The translations under genes were made by a program, and so were the position numbers. A DNA stretch of 64,000 nucleotides from Antechinus flavipes (Eukaryota), in contig NC_067402.1 in the NCBI RefSeq assembly GCF_016432865.1, forward strand, positions 20,832,001-20,896,000. The letters run 5' to 3'. Below the pieces are notes generated by a model that saw nothing but the letters and a program-made list of their open reading frames with translations, was not told the DNA's origin and ran no database searches. Positions 45,192 through 57,541 of the stretch are shown here, in pieces. Numbering within the stretch: the first letter of the stretch is position 1; the number at the start of each line of letters is the position of its first letter.

Positions 45192-45809
45192 TTTTAAAAA
45201 ATTGAATAATAGGGGGAGCTAGGTGGTGCAGAAGACAGAGTCAGGAGGACATGGGTTCAAATCTGGCCTCAGACACTTAACACTTCCTAACTGTGTGACC
45301 CTGGGCAAGTCACTCAACCCCAATTACCTCAGCAAAAAATAAAATAAAATAAAAATTGAATAATAGCTGTTTATTTTCAAAATCTACGCAAAGACAGTTT
45401 TTAACCTTCACCCTTGCAAAATCTCCTGTTCCAATTTTTTTCCTCTCCCTTCCCCCATCTTTTCCCTTAGATAGAAAATAATCCAATAGATGTTAAATAT
45501 ATGCAATTTTTCTCTATATATTTCCTCATTTATCGTGTCGCACAAGAAAAATCAGATCAAAAAGAAAAAATGAGAAAGAAAAAAGCAAACAATAACAAAA
45601 AAGTGAAAATATTATGTTGTGATCCACATTCAGTCCCCATAGTCCTCTCTCTGGATGCAGATTGCTCTCTCCATCACAAGTCTACTAGAATTAGCCTGAA
45701 TCACCTCATTGTGATTGTAGTGAAAACACCATCATAAGAATTGATCATTACATAATCTTGTTGCTGCAGTGTACAATTTTCTTGGTTCTACTCACTTTAC
45801 TTAGCATCA
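45192..45809 (-). mobile_element. L1 3' end insertion #1 (contains a nested SINE)
   Basis: Reverse L1 3'UTR bounded by copies of the ggaactcaaaatctt target. Confidence 0.8.
45213..45350 (+). mobile_element. WSINE1-like SINE
   Basis: Perfect 16-bp TSD aaaaattgaataatag at 45197-45212 and 45351-45366. Confidence 0.9.
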
Positions 45810-45824
45810 GGAGCTCAAAATCTT

Positions 45825-46577
45825 TTTTTTTTTTTTTAAATTAAAGCTGTTTATTTTCAAAACATGCATAAATATTTTTTTTTTACCATTCACCCTTGCA
45901 AAACCTTGTGTTCCAAATTTTTTTCTTTCTCTTCCCCTTACCCCCTCCTCTAGATGGCAAGTAATTCAATAGATGTTAAACATGTGCAGTTCTTCTATAC
46001 ATATTTCCACAATTATTGTGCTGCACAAGAAAAATCAGATCAAAGGGGAAAAATGAGAAAGAAAACAAAATGCAAGAAACAATAACAAAAAAGGTGAAAA
46101 CACTAAGTGATGATCCATACTCAGTCCCCACAGTCCTCCCTCTGGGTGCAGATGTCTCTCTCCATCATAAGCCTACTGGAATTGGTCTGAATCACCTCAC
46201 TATTGAAGAGAGCCACGTCCATCAGAATTGGTCATCATATAATCTTGATGTTGCCATGTACAATGATCTCCTGGTTCTACTCACTTCACTTAACATCAGT
46301 TCATCTAAGTCTCTCCAGGACTCTCTGGAATCATCCTGCTGGTCATTTCTTACAGAACAATAATATTCCATAACATTCGTACACCACAGCTTATTCAGCC
46401 ATTTCCCACTGATGGCCATTCACTCAGTCTCCAGTTCTTGCCACCACAAACAGGGCTGCCACAAACATTTTTGCACAAGTGGGTCCCTTTCCCTCCTTTT
46501 TGGTCTCTTTGGGATATAAGCCCAGTAGAGACATTGCAGGATCAAAGTGTATGCACAGTTTGATAGCCCTATGGGCA
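45825..46577 (-). mobile_element. L1 3' end insertion #2
   Basis: Poly-T then aaattaaagctgtttattttc...; TSD caggagctcaaaatctt (45808-45824) / caggaactcaaaatctt (46578-46594). Confidence 0.85.
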
Positions 46578-47689
46578 CAGGAACTCAAAATCTTATAAAA
46601 GTAAATGTTGAAAATTATCTTTACATATAATTGGAAAAAATACTATTAAGTGGGGGAGGAAGAGATCTGAATTAGAAGTGAAAAAGCTCTTAAACTAAAA
46701 ATGAGCATAATAACAATAACATTAACAACAATGATGATGGGGATGACTGTGATTATGAAATGCCTCCTTAATGTCAGTGACATTAATTTAGGGTTGATAT
46801 TAAATTAAGAATAAACCCTGATAGAAGAGAATGGAAACCGATAATAATGATGAATGAATTCTCCATAATCAGGGGCAGCTATGGAAACTCCTTCCTCCCT
46901 GTCTGTCACACACACCATATTATGTGGGTAACACAGGAGGAACAATGAAGGAAGAGGGGATGGCAGTTTCAGAGAGTCAAGTCCAAGGCTTTTGGGCTAC
47001 CATAACAAACATAATGTCACCAGCCAACATACAGGGAATGGAGCTATTGTAAAAAGCTAGTACCGTGACTCGATATCTACACCTTCTTTCTTGACCAACA
47101 CTGTCCGTGAGACCAAATGAGTTCAAAGGTGTCCAAAGTTGCCCTACTTAGGACGTCCAGAAGTGAACAAAAATCAAGAGCAAAGAGGATTCAAACATGA
47201 AAATGGCCAAATGACCTTTCCCCTGACACATGGGACAAATTGAGCGTCTGAACCAACAGACTGTAGATTAAAGGAAAAGCTAAGATATTACTACTTCACA
47301 GTCTCCTTTGGACTTAATATATGACTTGGCGAGTGGTGAGGACTTCAATTTTTCTGCTTTAATTTTCTTTGCTGTGACAAAAAAAAAAAAACAAGCTAAA
47401 ACCAAACCTTGCCCTTTCCCCTTCTCATAATGGTCATTACAGCCAGGAAAGCTGTATAAAACGACCATTCTTTTTGACTCTGGATTGGAACTATACCCTA
47501 AGTAATGTACCAAAAAGAAAAAGAAAAAAATAGAGCTGCCTCCCCTAACCCAGAATACTACAGAACACTATTGAGCCTGGAAAAACTAGGAACAATCAAA
47601 ATATTCAAGAGTTGGGGAATGGCTGAATAAAAGGAACATTTATCATTCAATCTAGGGAAAAAGAATAAGCATTTAAATAGTATCTACTA

Positions 47690-47900
47690 CGTAAAGTAGC
47701 TAAGTACTTTACAAATTTTGTCTCACTTGATTATCACAACCACCACAGGAAGTAGGGGCTAGTATTATCTCCATTTTACTGTTGAAGAAACTGAGACAGA
47801 CAGAGGTTAAGTGACTTGCCCACACAGCTAGTTGGATTTGAACACAAGTCTTCTTTACTCCAGAACCACTGCTCTATCCAATGCACCATCTCGCTGCCTA
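47690..47900 (-). mobile_element. MIR/MAR1-like SINE
   Basis: ccattttactgttgaagaaactgagacagacagaggttaagtgacttgccc...tgcaccatctcgctgcc. Confidence 0.7.
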
Positions 47901-49345
47901 ACTATAACAACAAGTATAAGGAGCACTAATAAATCAGGAAAGATTGATAGGAAATCAATCATGTGACAAAGAAAGCAGAATCAGAAATCATATCTACTCA
48001 GATTGTACCTATATAAAAATATAATTCTTTGTGCAGACTAGATCTTGCCAGTCTAGGGAACTTCCAATGTGGAAATTGTTCTCACCAATGCAGATAAGCA
48101 AATCAACTATAATTTATGGTCTTAAAGAGTTACCTGGTAACTGCTAAAAAGTTAAGTGGTTTGCTCACAGTAATACTTTCAATGTATTTGAGAAGGAAGT
48201 CTTGAATCCAGGTCTTTCTACTTCAAAGACCAGCCCTCTATTGACCCTGTCACCTTGACCCTTATAAAGTACACAATATAGATGCAAAATCCAGGAATGA
48301 ATATACAACTATAACAAGAGGCTCTAAAGGGAGGGACTAACTGTTTGTTAAAGATCTTAAGTTTTGTCACTGTTCATTCTGACTGTTTGAGACTCCATTT
48401 GGGGTTTTCTTGGCAAAAAATATTGGAGGGCTTTGCTATTTTCTTTTCCAGCTCATTATATAGATGAGGAAACGGAGGCAAACATAGCTAGTAAAGTATT
48501 TGAAGTCACATTTGAATACAGCAGGACCCAGTACTTGGTTCCCTAAGTTAAATATATTTAATAATGGAAGAAGTTTTGTTTTGTTTTGTTTTTACTCCAG
48601 AGTTTATGTCTCTGTTTCAAATGAGAGCGCCCTTCATTGATTTAGCCAGACACCACCAGTTCAGGGAGTAAACTCTCCTTTCTCTAGTACTGAAGAAGTA
48701 AACTGGGCTTCCTTGGCAACCACCCATTATGGTTCCCTATGCAAATCATCAACTGAGAATACAGCTGACCTTTTCAAGCCTCATCAAGAAATCTGTATCA
48801 TTTTTCCCCCCCATGGAGTGCCATGCCCAATCCCATCAAGACCCAATCTCTCTGATCAAACTGAATGTCGAGCGCACTTTTATAGATTGCCTGTCAGTTA
48901 TGATGAATATGAAATGAAAAAAACCTCCCATTAGTGTAAATCTTGGAGTTTTCCAGGAATTACATCGGCCTTGTGCATCTTAACACCAGATAAATCGCAT
49001 TGCCACTGCTGGAAACCCAAAAAATATATCTTCATTAAGTATCCTTTCCTTGGCTTTAAACTTCCCACTCTACAGAAGGAAAAAATGGTTAATTATCCTC
49101 ATAGAGAATCCAATCCTTGGGCCATCTAATCTATTCCTCTGCCTCTGGGTTTTTTTGCTCAAAACCTTTTCTAATGAAAACACCTAAGGATGAATGTTCA
49201 AAGGAATCAGATTAAAATGTCCTTAGCGACATTTGAGATTTAATACACTCTAAGGAGTTCTTGTCTATGTCTAATCCACATTCCTTTAGTTGCAATGGAA
49301 AACCCATTTCCCCTTACTTTAACATGGTAATAGATGACATTTACA

Positions 49346-49530
49346 TCTTCAAAATTTTTAAATAGGGGCCAGTTCACTGTCCCTCAGACTGTTGGAGGGC
49401 CGGACTATAGTAAAAACAAAAACTTTGTTTTGTGGGCCTTTAAATAAAGAAACTTCCTAGCCCTGGGTGAGGGGGATAAATGTCCTCAGCTGTTGCATCT
49501 GGCCCGCGGGCTGTAGTTTGAGAACGTCTG
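49346..49530. mobile_element. OC1 (OposCharlie1)-like hAT MITE
   Basis: tttttaaataggggccagttcactgtccctcagactgttggagggccggactatagtaaaaac...gcatctggcccgcgggctgtagtttgagaacgtctg closely resembles the recalled OC1 non-autonomous consensus; the terminal bases are eroded. Confidence 0.7.
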
Positions 49531-50149
49531 CAAGATTTGCAAAGGACTTTAAACACTTGATTTTATCGCCCTTATTACACAAATGAAAAAATAGTCTGGG
49601 CAAAATTATATGACTTGACCAAGTACACACTCAGTCTGAAAGCAGGAGTTGAATCTAAATTTGTTTGACTTTGAGTCAAGTACTTATCCAGTGGGCTGTT
49701 CTGCCCCTAAATGAGTATAGATTTGTAACATCCTCCAGATATTAACTCTGGACATAAAATGCCCTCCAATCATTAATCATTTTAAATAAGCGATTGATTT
49801 GGCTCCAGAGTGTAGTAGAAAGGTAAGTAAAGTTGGTTGCAATATAATTTAATTTTAAAGATTATTCTGAAGCATTTTATTGATGATTTTTTTTCTTCCA
49901 TCAAAGTGATAGTGTTTCTTGCCAGTAGCCAACTAGTACCGTACCTGCTCTTTTAACAAATCTGTACAATCAAACAAACCTTGGACTATGGTTACGGAAT
50001 ACTGCATGTAAAGTTAAGTTTTTCCAATATGTTGGTTAGTTTTGTTAAATTATTTTCCTCTTCTAAATTCTTTGTTATAAAGGATAAGTTTCTCTAGGAA
50101 GCAGGAATATATGAAGAAATGTTGATATAGTAACAAAATATGGTAATGA

Positions 50150-50370
50150 CAATATTGTTATAATCATTATAATATATAATAGAATAAAATCACTATAATA
50201 TATAATAAAAATCATTATAATATAATAGAATAAAATAAAATAGAATATGGTAATGGTATATTTTATAATCATTATAATATATAATAGAATACATATAAAT
50301 ATTACATATTTATTTATTTATATTACATATAAAGATATGACATATAATTATAGCATAATAATTATACATT
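50150..50370. repeat. AT-rich degenerate minisatellite (tataatcattataatatataatagaat-like unit)
   Basis: Unit seen about three times at ~50159, ~50207 and ~50265. Confidence 0.75.
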
Positions 50371-50908
50371 TTTAAAAAGAAGAAATGACAGTCTTCAAAC
50401 ACAAAGACAAAGGCACCCTTTCCATATGCAGAGATAAATGGGCCAACATTTGATTTGTAGCTTCCTCTATCTGGCATCTCTGCAGAATGGTGGATTTTTT
50501 TTAAGTAAATAGTCAAAGATTCAAATGGATTTGTGATCTCAGAAATTTGGACGTTGGTCCTTCCAGTAATGCACTCTTGGTGGTCCTGTGAAACTATTAT
50601 CCAAGTCCTCCCACTGGTTCACCATAGAGAGTCTAATATCTAGGGCAGAACTGTCAAACTCAAATAGAAATGGGGGCTACTAAACCTTACAAGAGCCCAG
50701 GCTATGGTCATAGTGACTTAGAGAACCACAGAGCAACATTATCTGTGTTCTATTGTATTTATATTTTTGTTGACTATTTAATCTGGTTCAGGGGTGTTTG
50801 CTTTTTTTCTGAGCATGAGCAACTTACTAGTTAGGCTAGCAGTAACCAATAAATCGGATCAATGGCCTCTCTCAACTACTAAAGACCCAGAGGGAGGGCT
50901 GACAGGTC

Positions 50909-51290
50909 TTTTTTTTTTTTTTTTTTTTAATAAAATGTTGCTTTCCCCCAGTTACACGTAAAGACAATTTTTGATATTTATTATTTAAACAATTTGAATT
51001 CCAAATTCTCTCTCCCCTTCCACTTCCTCCTCTCTGAGGCCATAAGCAATTTGCTAAAGGTTATATTATACATGTGTAATCATGTAAAACATATTACCAT
51101 ATTAGTCATATTGTAAAAGAAGATACAGACCAAAAGGGGAAAAACATAAAAAACTGTCAAAAATTTAAAAAATAATATGTTTCATTCTGCATTCAGACCC
51201 TATCAGTTCTTTCTGTGGAGGTGGATAGTATTTTTCATCATGAGTCCTTTGGAACTGCCTCGGATCACTGTATTGCTGAGAAAAGCTAAA
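50909..51290 (-). mobile_element. L1 3' end fragment
   Basis: Poly-T followed by the reverse L1 3'UTR (cccccagttacacgtaaagacaatt...ctgtattgctgagaa). Confidence 0.65.
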
Positions 51291-52449
51291 ATCATCCTAT
51301 AGTATGGCTTGACCATTCCCTCTACCCAACTTTTAGCTTTTCCTTTATTCACTCTCTTTATGAATGGCTCATCTTCTCTTTCTATTTTTCCATGGCAGCC
51401 TTTCCTTCCAATCTTTGAAGTTTTGTCAGTTTCAGTATCACCATCACTAAAATTTACTTATTTTAAGAAATAAAACTTTTTTAATTAGGGAGTTCTGCTC
51501 CCTACTACCTATGTGACTTGGGATCAGGTCATCCTTAGACCTCAAGTTTCTCTACATACAGTCCTAGATCCCCAAATGGTGGGAACCAAGGCTTCTTCCT
51601 GTTCTTCCGTGGGACTTAAATGTTAAGTTTTGGACAGAGTGGAACATGGCAACCTTACCACTTTAGCCACAAGGGGGTGCCCAAACACCACTCTAAAAGC
51701 AGGAGCCCCTTTAAACCCAGTTCCATTCAGCGAAAGCAACTGGTTACTTTCCAACTGTTCTGATTATTTCAGGGGTTTATAAATATACATTGCGAAGAGG
51801 CTGTGAATCAGAACCAGACGCTGCCTCAGGAAAAGTCCAACCAGAGACGGAGGCCCTGTGCTGAGACAGGGGATTACTGAGCAGACAGGTGTGGTCCAAG
51901 GGAACTCAATCCACAAAGTCAGGGTCCCTTCCCAGCTTTGGCTGAAGTGTCAGCCAGAAAAAGGCATCATGGGACGGTGGAAAGAATGGTGGGTTTGTCA
52001 AATTTACTGTATAAGCAGAGGGACTCAGTCTATTTACTTCGACACTACCTTCTACCCTCACTGAACCTTAACTTCCTCAGCTTCCACGTGAAGTTGGACT
52101 AGAGAGCCTCTAGATTTCAGCTCTAAATCATGGTTCCTATGATCAGGAACAAGAGAAAATGGCAAGCCAGATGCCCTTCCCTTCCTGTACCTCTCTACTC
52201 AGCGACAGACTGGGAGAAATTCAACATATTACATTGCACAAATTAAGTGTTGGAAGGGACCTGAGAGGTCATTTTCTCCAACCCCCCCCCCCATTTTTAC
52301 TGAAGAGACCCAAAATAGGAAGTGACTGTCCAAAGTCATCAAGGCGGTAAAGGATGGAGTAGAATTTGAACCCAGGTTCTGACTCCAAATACAATGCTCT
52401 TTCCATTGGATTATGCCCTCTCTGATATGATGCTTTAAAGAAGGCTACT

Positions 52450-55400
52450 AGAATAGCAGAAGTGGGAAAATATAAGATACAATTACTGTGAAGTAGAACC
52501 AACAGGAACATCAGCCTGGAGATCAATGGGGGGAAGGAGATACTTCAGAGTCACAAAGATAGAAAATTTAGGTGATGGTTGCATAATCAGTAGAAAGAGA
52601 AGATTCAAGGAGGAAGCTCGTGAGCTTCATTTTAAACAACTTGAGATATCCAGGGAGAAACACCCAGTTGGAGATGTAACCTGGAGTTGGTTGGAGATAC
52701 AAGTTTCCAAGACCACCTGCAAAGTCAAAGAAACAAAGGATGGTGCTCAAAGTAAGGGAGAGCCGGTGTCAGACACAGAAGGAAGATCATCATTAAGGAA
52801 TGGGTAAGATCCAGCAGAGAGACAAGAGAAGGGATCTTTGGAGAGATACAAGGAGAACCAGGAGACTATTGTGCTTCTGAAACCAAGAATAGAGAACCCA
52901 GCATTTGGGATTTATCAACAGAGCCAAAAGAAGAAGATAATTCAAGGGGGATAGAGAATGGAAATATGACCTTTTATTATTTATTAATGAGTTATTAAAT
53001 CATCTTACAGAGAAGTTATAACAGAGCGGTACAGCAGGGTCCAGTTAGGGGGTTCAAGAGAAAGGGGAGTATGAGGAAGTGAAGACATAGAATAGAAGTT
53101 TTGAAATGAGTTGAACAGTGGAAGGGAGGAGAGAATAGGATCATAGCTGGAAGGGATGACAGCACCAAGGGAAGAAGACATTTATAAAAATAGGGAGACA
53201 CAAGCATAGTAAACAGTGTAGAAGATGTACCAGCCAAAGAAGATGAATATTAAAGGTAGGTCATGAAAGAGACTGGAGGAAACAGGATGAAGGGAATTGA
53301 AGAGAGAGGATTAGCCTTAGTGAAAAAAAGGGATACCACATCCACAAGTAGAGGGAAGGAGAAAGCTTGTGAAAATGCTAAGATGGATCATACAGCTAGG
53401 GCACATAGTGAATAGATGACTGGACTTAAGAGTCAGGAAGAAGTGAGTTTGAATCCCATCTCAGGTACAGACTGTTATGTAAATCCTGATCAAGTCACTT
53501 AACCTCAGCTTGCATAACAATAGCATCTAGGTCATAGTGCCGTAGAGAGAACCAAAGGAGAGGATTGAATTAAATGCTTTGTCATTCCATATAAACGTGA
53601 ACTATTATTATTACTAATGACAATACTATGTGAGGAATGGAGAGGGCCATTCCTAGCCAGGATCTAGCCAGATAATCTCAATATTCTGCAGGTATCCTAC
53701 TTGGAATGTATAAGGAATAGATAGAAATAGAAGGTGGGAGAATAGAGAGGAATAGCTTGGAAACCTTTGCTGTGGAGTATGGAATTAGGAGTTAATCAAT
53801 AATCAATCAACAAGCATTTATTAAGCACCCATTATGTGCCAAGCATTGTAGAATAAGGGTAGAGTAGGTGACAGGATTATCAAACAGCAAAGGGGTTATG
53901 AGCTGATGTTATATAACCTACTTTTGTAATAATCATTTTTAAATTAAAAATAATATGTTTTATAATATCCTTGTAACCTACTTTTGAAAGCAGTTTGATT
54001 TCTAGATTTTTTTTCCCCATAGGCCATTTAGCAACCCTAGAGTAGGAGGGGAGAAATTAGATAATAAGGAATTAGCTGCTAATGAGAACTCCCTGGTTAG
54101 ATTTTGCTGCGAGTTGGGGATCAAGGTATGGCAGGGAAGTAGCTAAGGTAATATGTAAATGGTTGACTATATGCATAGAGACTGGGGATGGAGGCACTGT
54201 GAAGTCAGAGTAAGGGAGATGCTTTTGAAGAACCCAAATGTGACTCAATAGAGCAAAATAAATTTGAGACTTAAAGAGATATTTTGCTAGAGTTTCAGTA
54301 GATTGAAAGGGGGAGAGATTGAAAAATAGAAGGTGGTGACTTGAGTAAAATTTGATTTTTTTCTTTTTTTAATTAAAGCTTTTTATTTACAAAACATATG
54401 CATGGGTAATTGTTCAACATTGACCCTTGCCAAACCTTGTGTTCCAAACTTTCCCCTCCTAACCCCCACCCCTCCCCTTGATGGCAGGGTGTTAAATATG
54501 TGTTTTTGATGCAGTTAAAAGAGTAAAATTTTAAAAGAAACAGCTTCTAGGGGCATCTTAAGGTGATCATGGGGAGATGCACCTGGATGAAGTGAGGATG
54601 GCAAAAGAAGCAGCTAGGTTCTTTGAGTGCTGGATCTGGAATCAGGAAGATTCTTCCCCGAGTTCAAATCTGATCTCAGCTACTTAGTACTCTGTGACCA
54701 TGGGCACATCCCTTAGCCCTATTTGCTTCCATTTCTCATCTGTAAAATGAGTTAGAGAAGGAAATGACAAACCCATTCTAGTATTTCTCCCAAGAAAACC
54801 CCAAATGGAGTCATGGAGAATCAGACCTGACTGAACAATGACTGAACAACAGAGATGGGAGGGGAGTAAGGAATTGAGGGGAGGAGGCTAGATACAGGGG
54901 CTGGAGTGAGTGAGTGAGACAAGGGCCAAGAGCCCATATCATCAATAGTCAAAAGAATGACTTGGAGATCGCTGAATGAGAGCATCAAAGCTGGGGAAGA
55001 GGATGATTTAGTCTCAAAAGGGGTTATTTCAAGGAAATTATCTGGGCTTCCCAGTATGGAGGAGAGTATCCCCTTAGGCTAAGGGGGCTGCAGCTCCTCC
55101 AGACATGGGAGAGGAATGACCTCCAGTAAACAGGATTTTAAGGGGAGTGCCAGGTTCCCATTATAAAGAGGAAGTTGAAGGAAAGATGGTTGAGAAACTG
55201 GAGGAGGTGAAAGAATGTGTTGGCAAGAGAGTATACATTTCTAGGAGCACAGAGGGGTAGGTTAGAAGATAAATGAGCTGGATTGGAATGAGCCTGGGGG
55301 AGAGTAGAGTTGATTAGAACAGGATTGTGCATTTCCCTGGAGGGTGTCCAGAGGAGAAGCATTTAGGATAGTGTAGGATCTCGAGAACAAGTCACAGTTC

Positions 55401-55450
55401 TACTGAAGGAGCTAGAGACGTGCCCTAGTGAAGATGAGAGGGAATGTGAT
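52450..55450 (-). mobile_element. Long degenerate L2 (EN + RT regions), interrupted by MIR/MAR1 SINEs and an L1 end
   Basis: Minus-strand translations CLHFLILPFLLNPL (L2 RT-like, 53050-53110) and IMGTWHSP (EN-like ETW motif, ~55140); purine-rich L2 reverse pattern throughout. Confidence 0.6.
54610..54850 (+). mobile_element. MAR1-like SINE
   Basis: gcagctagg...ctggaatcaggaaga...ctcatctgtaaaatgag...aaatgacaaacccattctagta...gactgaacaatgactgaacaac. Confidence 0.75.
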
Positions 55451-56299
55451 CATTCTGTTTGAGGGCTATCATTAGGAGCAAAGAATTTTAGACTTCTCTC
55501 ATAATGAAGAAGCAGGAAGTAAAGCTCGATTGAGATTTGATTTGGGGAAAAACTTCTTGAGTTGTAGAGTTGCTAGGAATAGACTTCTTAGGAAGAAGAG
55601 GCAAGTTTGTCATCCTTGGGGAGATTCACACTGAGGCTGGATGAATACTTGGGGGGGGGGGCGTTCTAGGGAGGATTTCTTTGGGCTATGGGTTCTACTA
55701 GATTGGCTGCTGAGGTCTTTCCCAACTCTCAAACTCAGTGATTCTGCTATGACATGCAGGGAGAATGAATGACATTAAATTAACAAATAAAGGAGTACAA
55801 AAATTCTCAAAATCAGACTTTAAAAAAGAAATAGACCAAAGAAGCTTCTACTTATTCCTTTAGAAAAACCTACCAGGGACTTTGTCTTGTTTGTTTGAAG
55901 TATTAGCTTCCCCTCACTCCCAACATCCAGTACCTAGCTGGTGTTTTCCTTAATAAATATTTGTCAAATAAAGAACTCCTAGATATACAAAAAGGCTGCC
56001 TTTCCCTTGTGTTCACTGATCTCTCACCGGCAGAAACAAGGAATGGGGTTGGAGAAAGGGCTTGTCCTTTCACTTTCAGCTTTGGGTTATAATTCTTCTT
56101 CCTCAAGTATTATCCACTGCTCCACTACCTTCTAAAATAAGGGGTTTTAACTTGGGAACCATGAATTTTTTTTTGACCATGAATTTTTTAAAATAGCCAC
56201 ATAATATAATTGGATTTCTTTGTAATCCTCTATTATATACTTTAAAACATTTTTCCAAGAAGGAGTTCATCCCTAGATTATGTCAGGCAGCCTCCAAAG

Positions 56300-56302
<3 letters not shown>

Positions 56303-56356
<54 letters not shown>
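56303..56356. repeat. (AC)n microsatellite
   Basis: Perfect AC run. Confidence 0.98.
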
Positions 56357-56359
<3 letters not shown>

Positions 56360-57541
56360 GAATTTCTGCTTTATTTACAGCTTCCAGTAGCAGCTAATAG
56401 AGCCAATGTCTGATCCAGAAAGCTTTGATCTCTTGTCTTGCATTTACCTCCTGTGTCTGAATGGTAAAGTCCGCAGAACTAGTCCCACAGAACGCTCTGT
56501 CGCCTTTTTAATTAGCATGTTCATTTTAGTTCTATTTCAGTCTTTTTTTGTTTGTCTCAAATACTAAATTGGGAGACCTTGTAAATCATTACCTTCTGTC
56601 CAACCCACCAACATCTGAGATCCAGCCAATGTGCCCTAGGCCTTGGGCCAATCTGACCCCTGGCCTTGGAACTAACAGCTATTATCTGTAGCCAGGTCAG
56701 TACTTGCATGATTGGAAAATCAGTATTACACAGCCTGAGTTTCCAGGTCACAAGACTGAGAAATGCTCATAATTAGTGCTCTACTATTTTAAATACTTAT
56801 AATTTCTCCTATTTCAATGGAGCTTTACATGGAGGGTTACAACATGCTTTCCTAACAAAAATATTATGAGACCAATAGGGCAAGTATTGATATCTCCATT
56901 TTGCAAATGAGGAAACTGAGGAATTCTGTTTCCTGCCTCCCTGAAATATACTTTCTCCTCATTAATTCTCTTAGAAACCCAAGCTTCCTTCAAAGTTCAG
57001 CTCAAATGTTACTCCCTCTATGGGGTATTTCCTGATCCCCTTAGTTGTTAGTGCCTATTCCATCCTCAGACTACCATATACAGCATCATTCATGTGCATG
57101 TTTTATTTTCCTCCCCCCTCTTCTCCATAGAACATTAGCCCTTGGAGGCTGGGCTGGTTTTGGTTTTGTCTTTATATCCTTAAGTGTATAGCCTGGAACA
57201 CTATAGGAAGTAGACATTTAATAAATACTTATTTGATGGAATAAAATGATTTTCTGTTGTTAGCATCAGAGAACTCAAGTGTCTCCCGACTCCAGGTTCA
57301 GTAATATTTCTACTATGCCACATTTTCCAAGCTAGTATCTCCTTCCTATGTTAATATATAACCCCCTTCTATAGCAAAATGGTTCTTGAAACTTGCCTTA
57401 CTTTCTTATCTATCACTGCATTATTACATCTCAAGTTAAGTAACATAATCAGGTATTAAAGTAGATATATCTAATAAATTGATTACTGTCTTTGAGGAAA
57501 GAAAAACTCAGAACAATAGTCTTTTAAAAATTGCTTTCTAG

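Larger units (their letters stand above)
44940..46660 (+). mobile_element. L1 3' end split by two inverted L1 insertions
   Basis: The 3'UTR stops at gggactcaaaatctt (45177-45191) and resumes at ggaactcaaaatcttataaaagtaaatgttgaaaattatc (46580 onward). Confidence 0.75.

Noticed and set aside
47058-47074. TAGTACCGTGACTCGAT resembling a tRNA-His PBS (TGGTGCCGTGACTCGGAT)
   Set aside because: There is no LTR upstream, and a match of this quality to some PBS is expected about once by chance in 64 kb on two strands.
4488-54850. tRNA-like A/B-box heads at many positions
   Set aside because: They are SINE heads followed by core and tail sequence, not tRNA genes.
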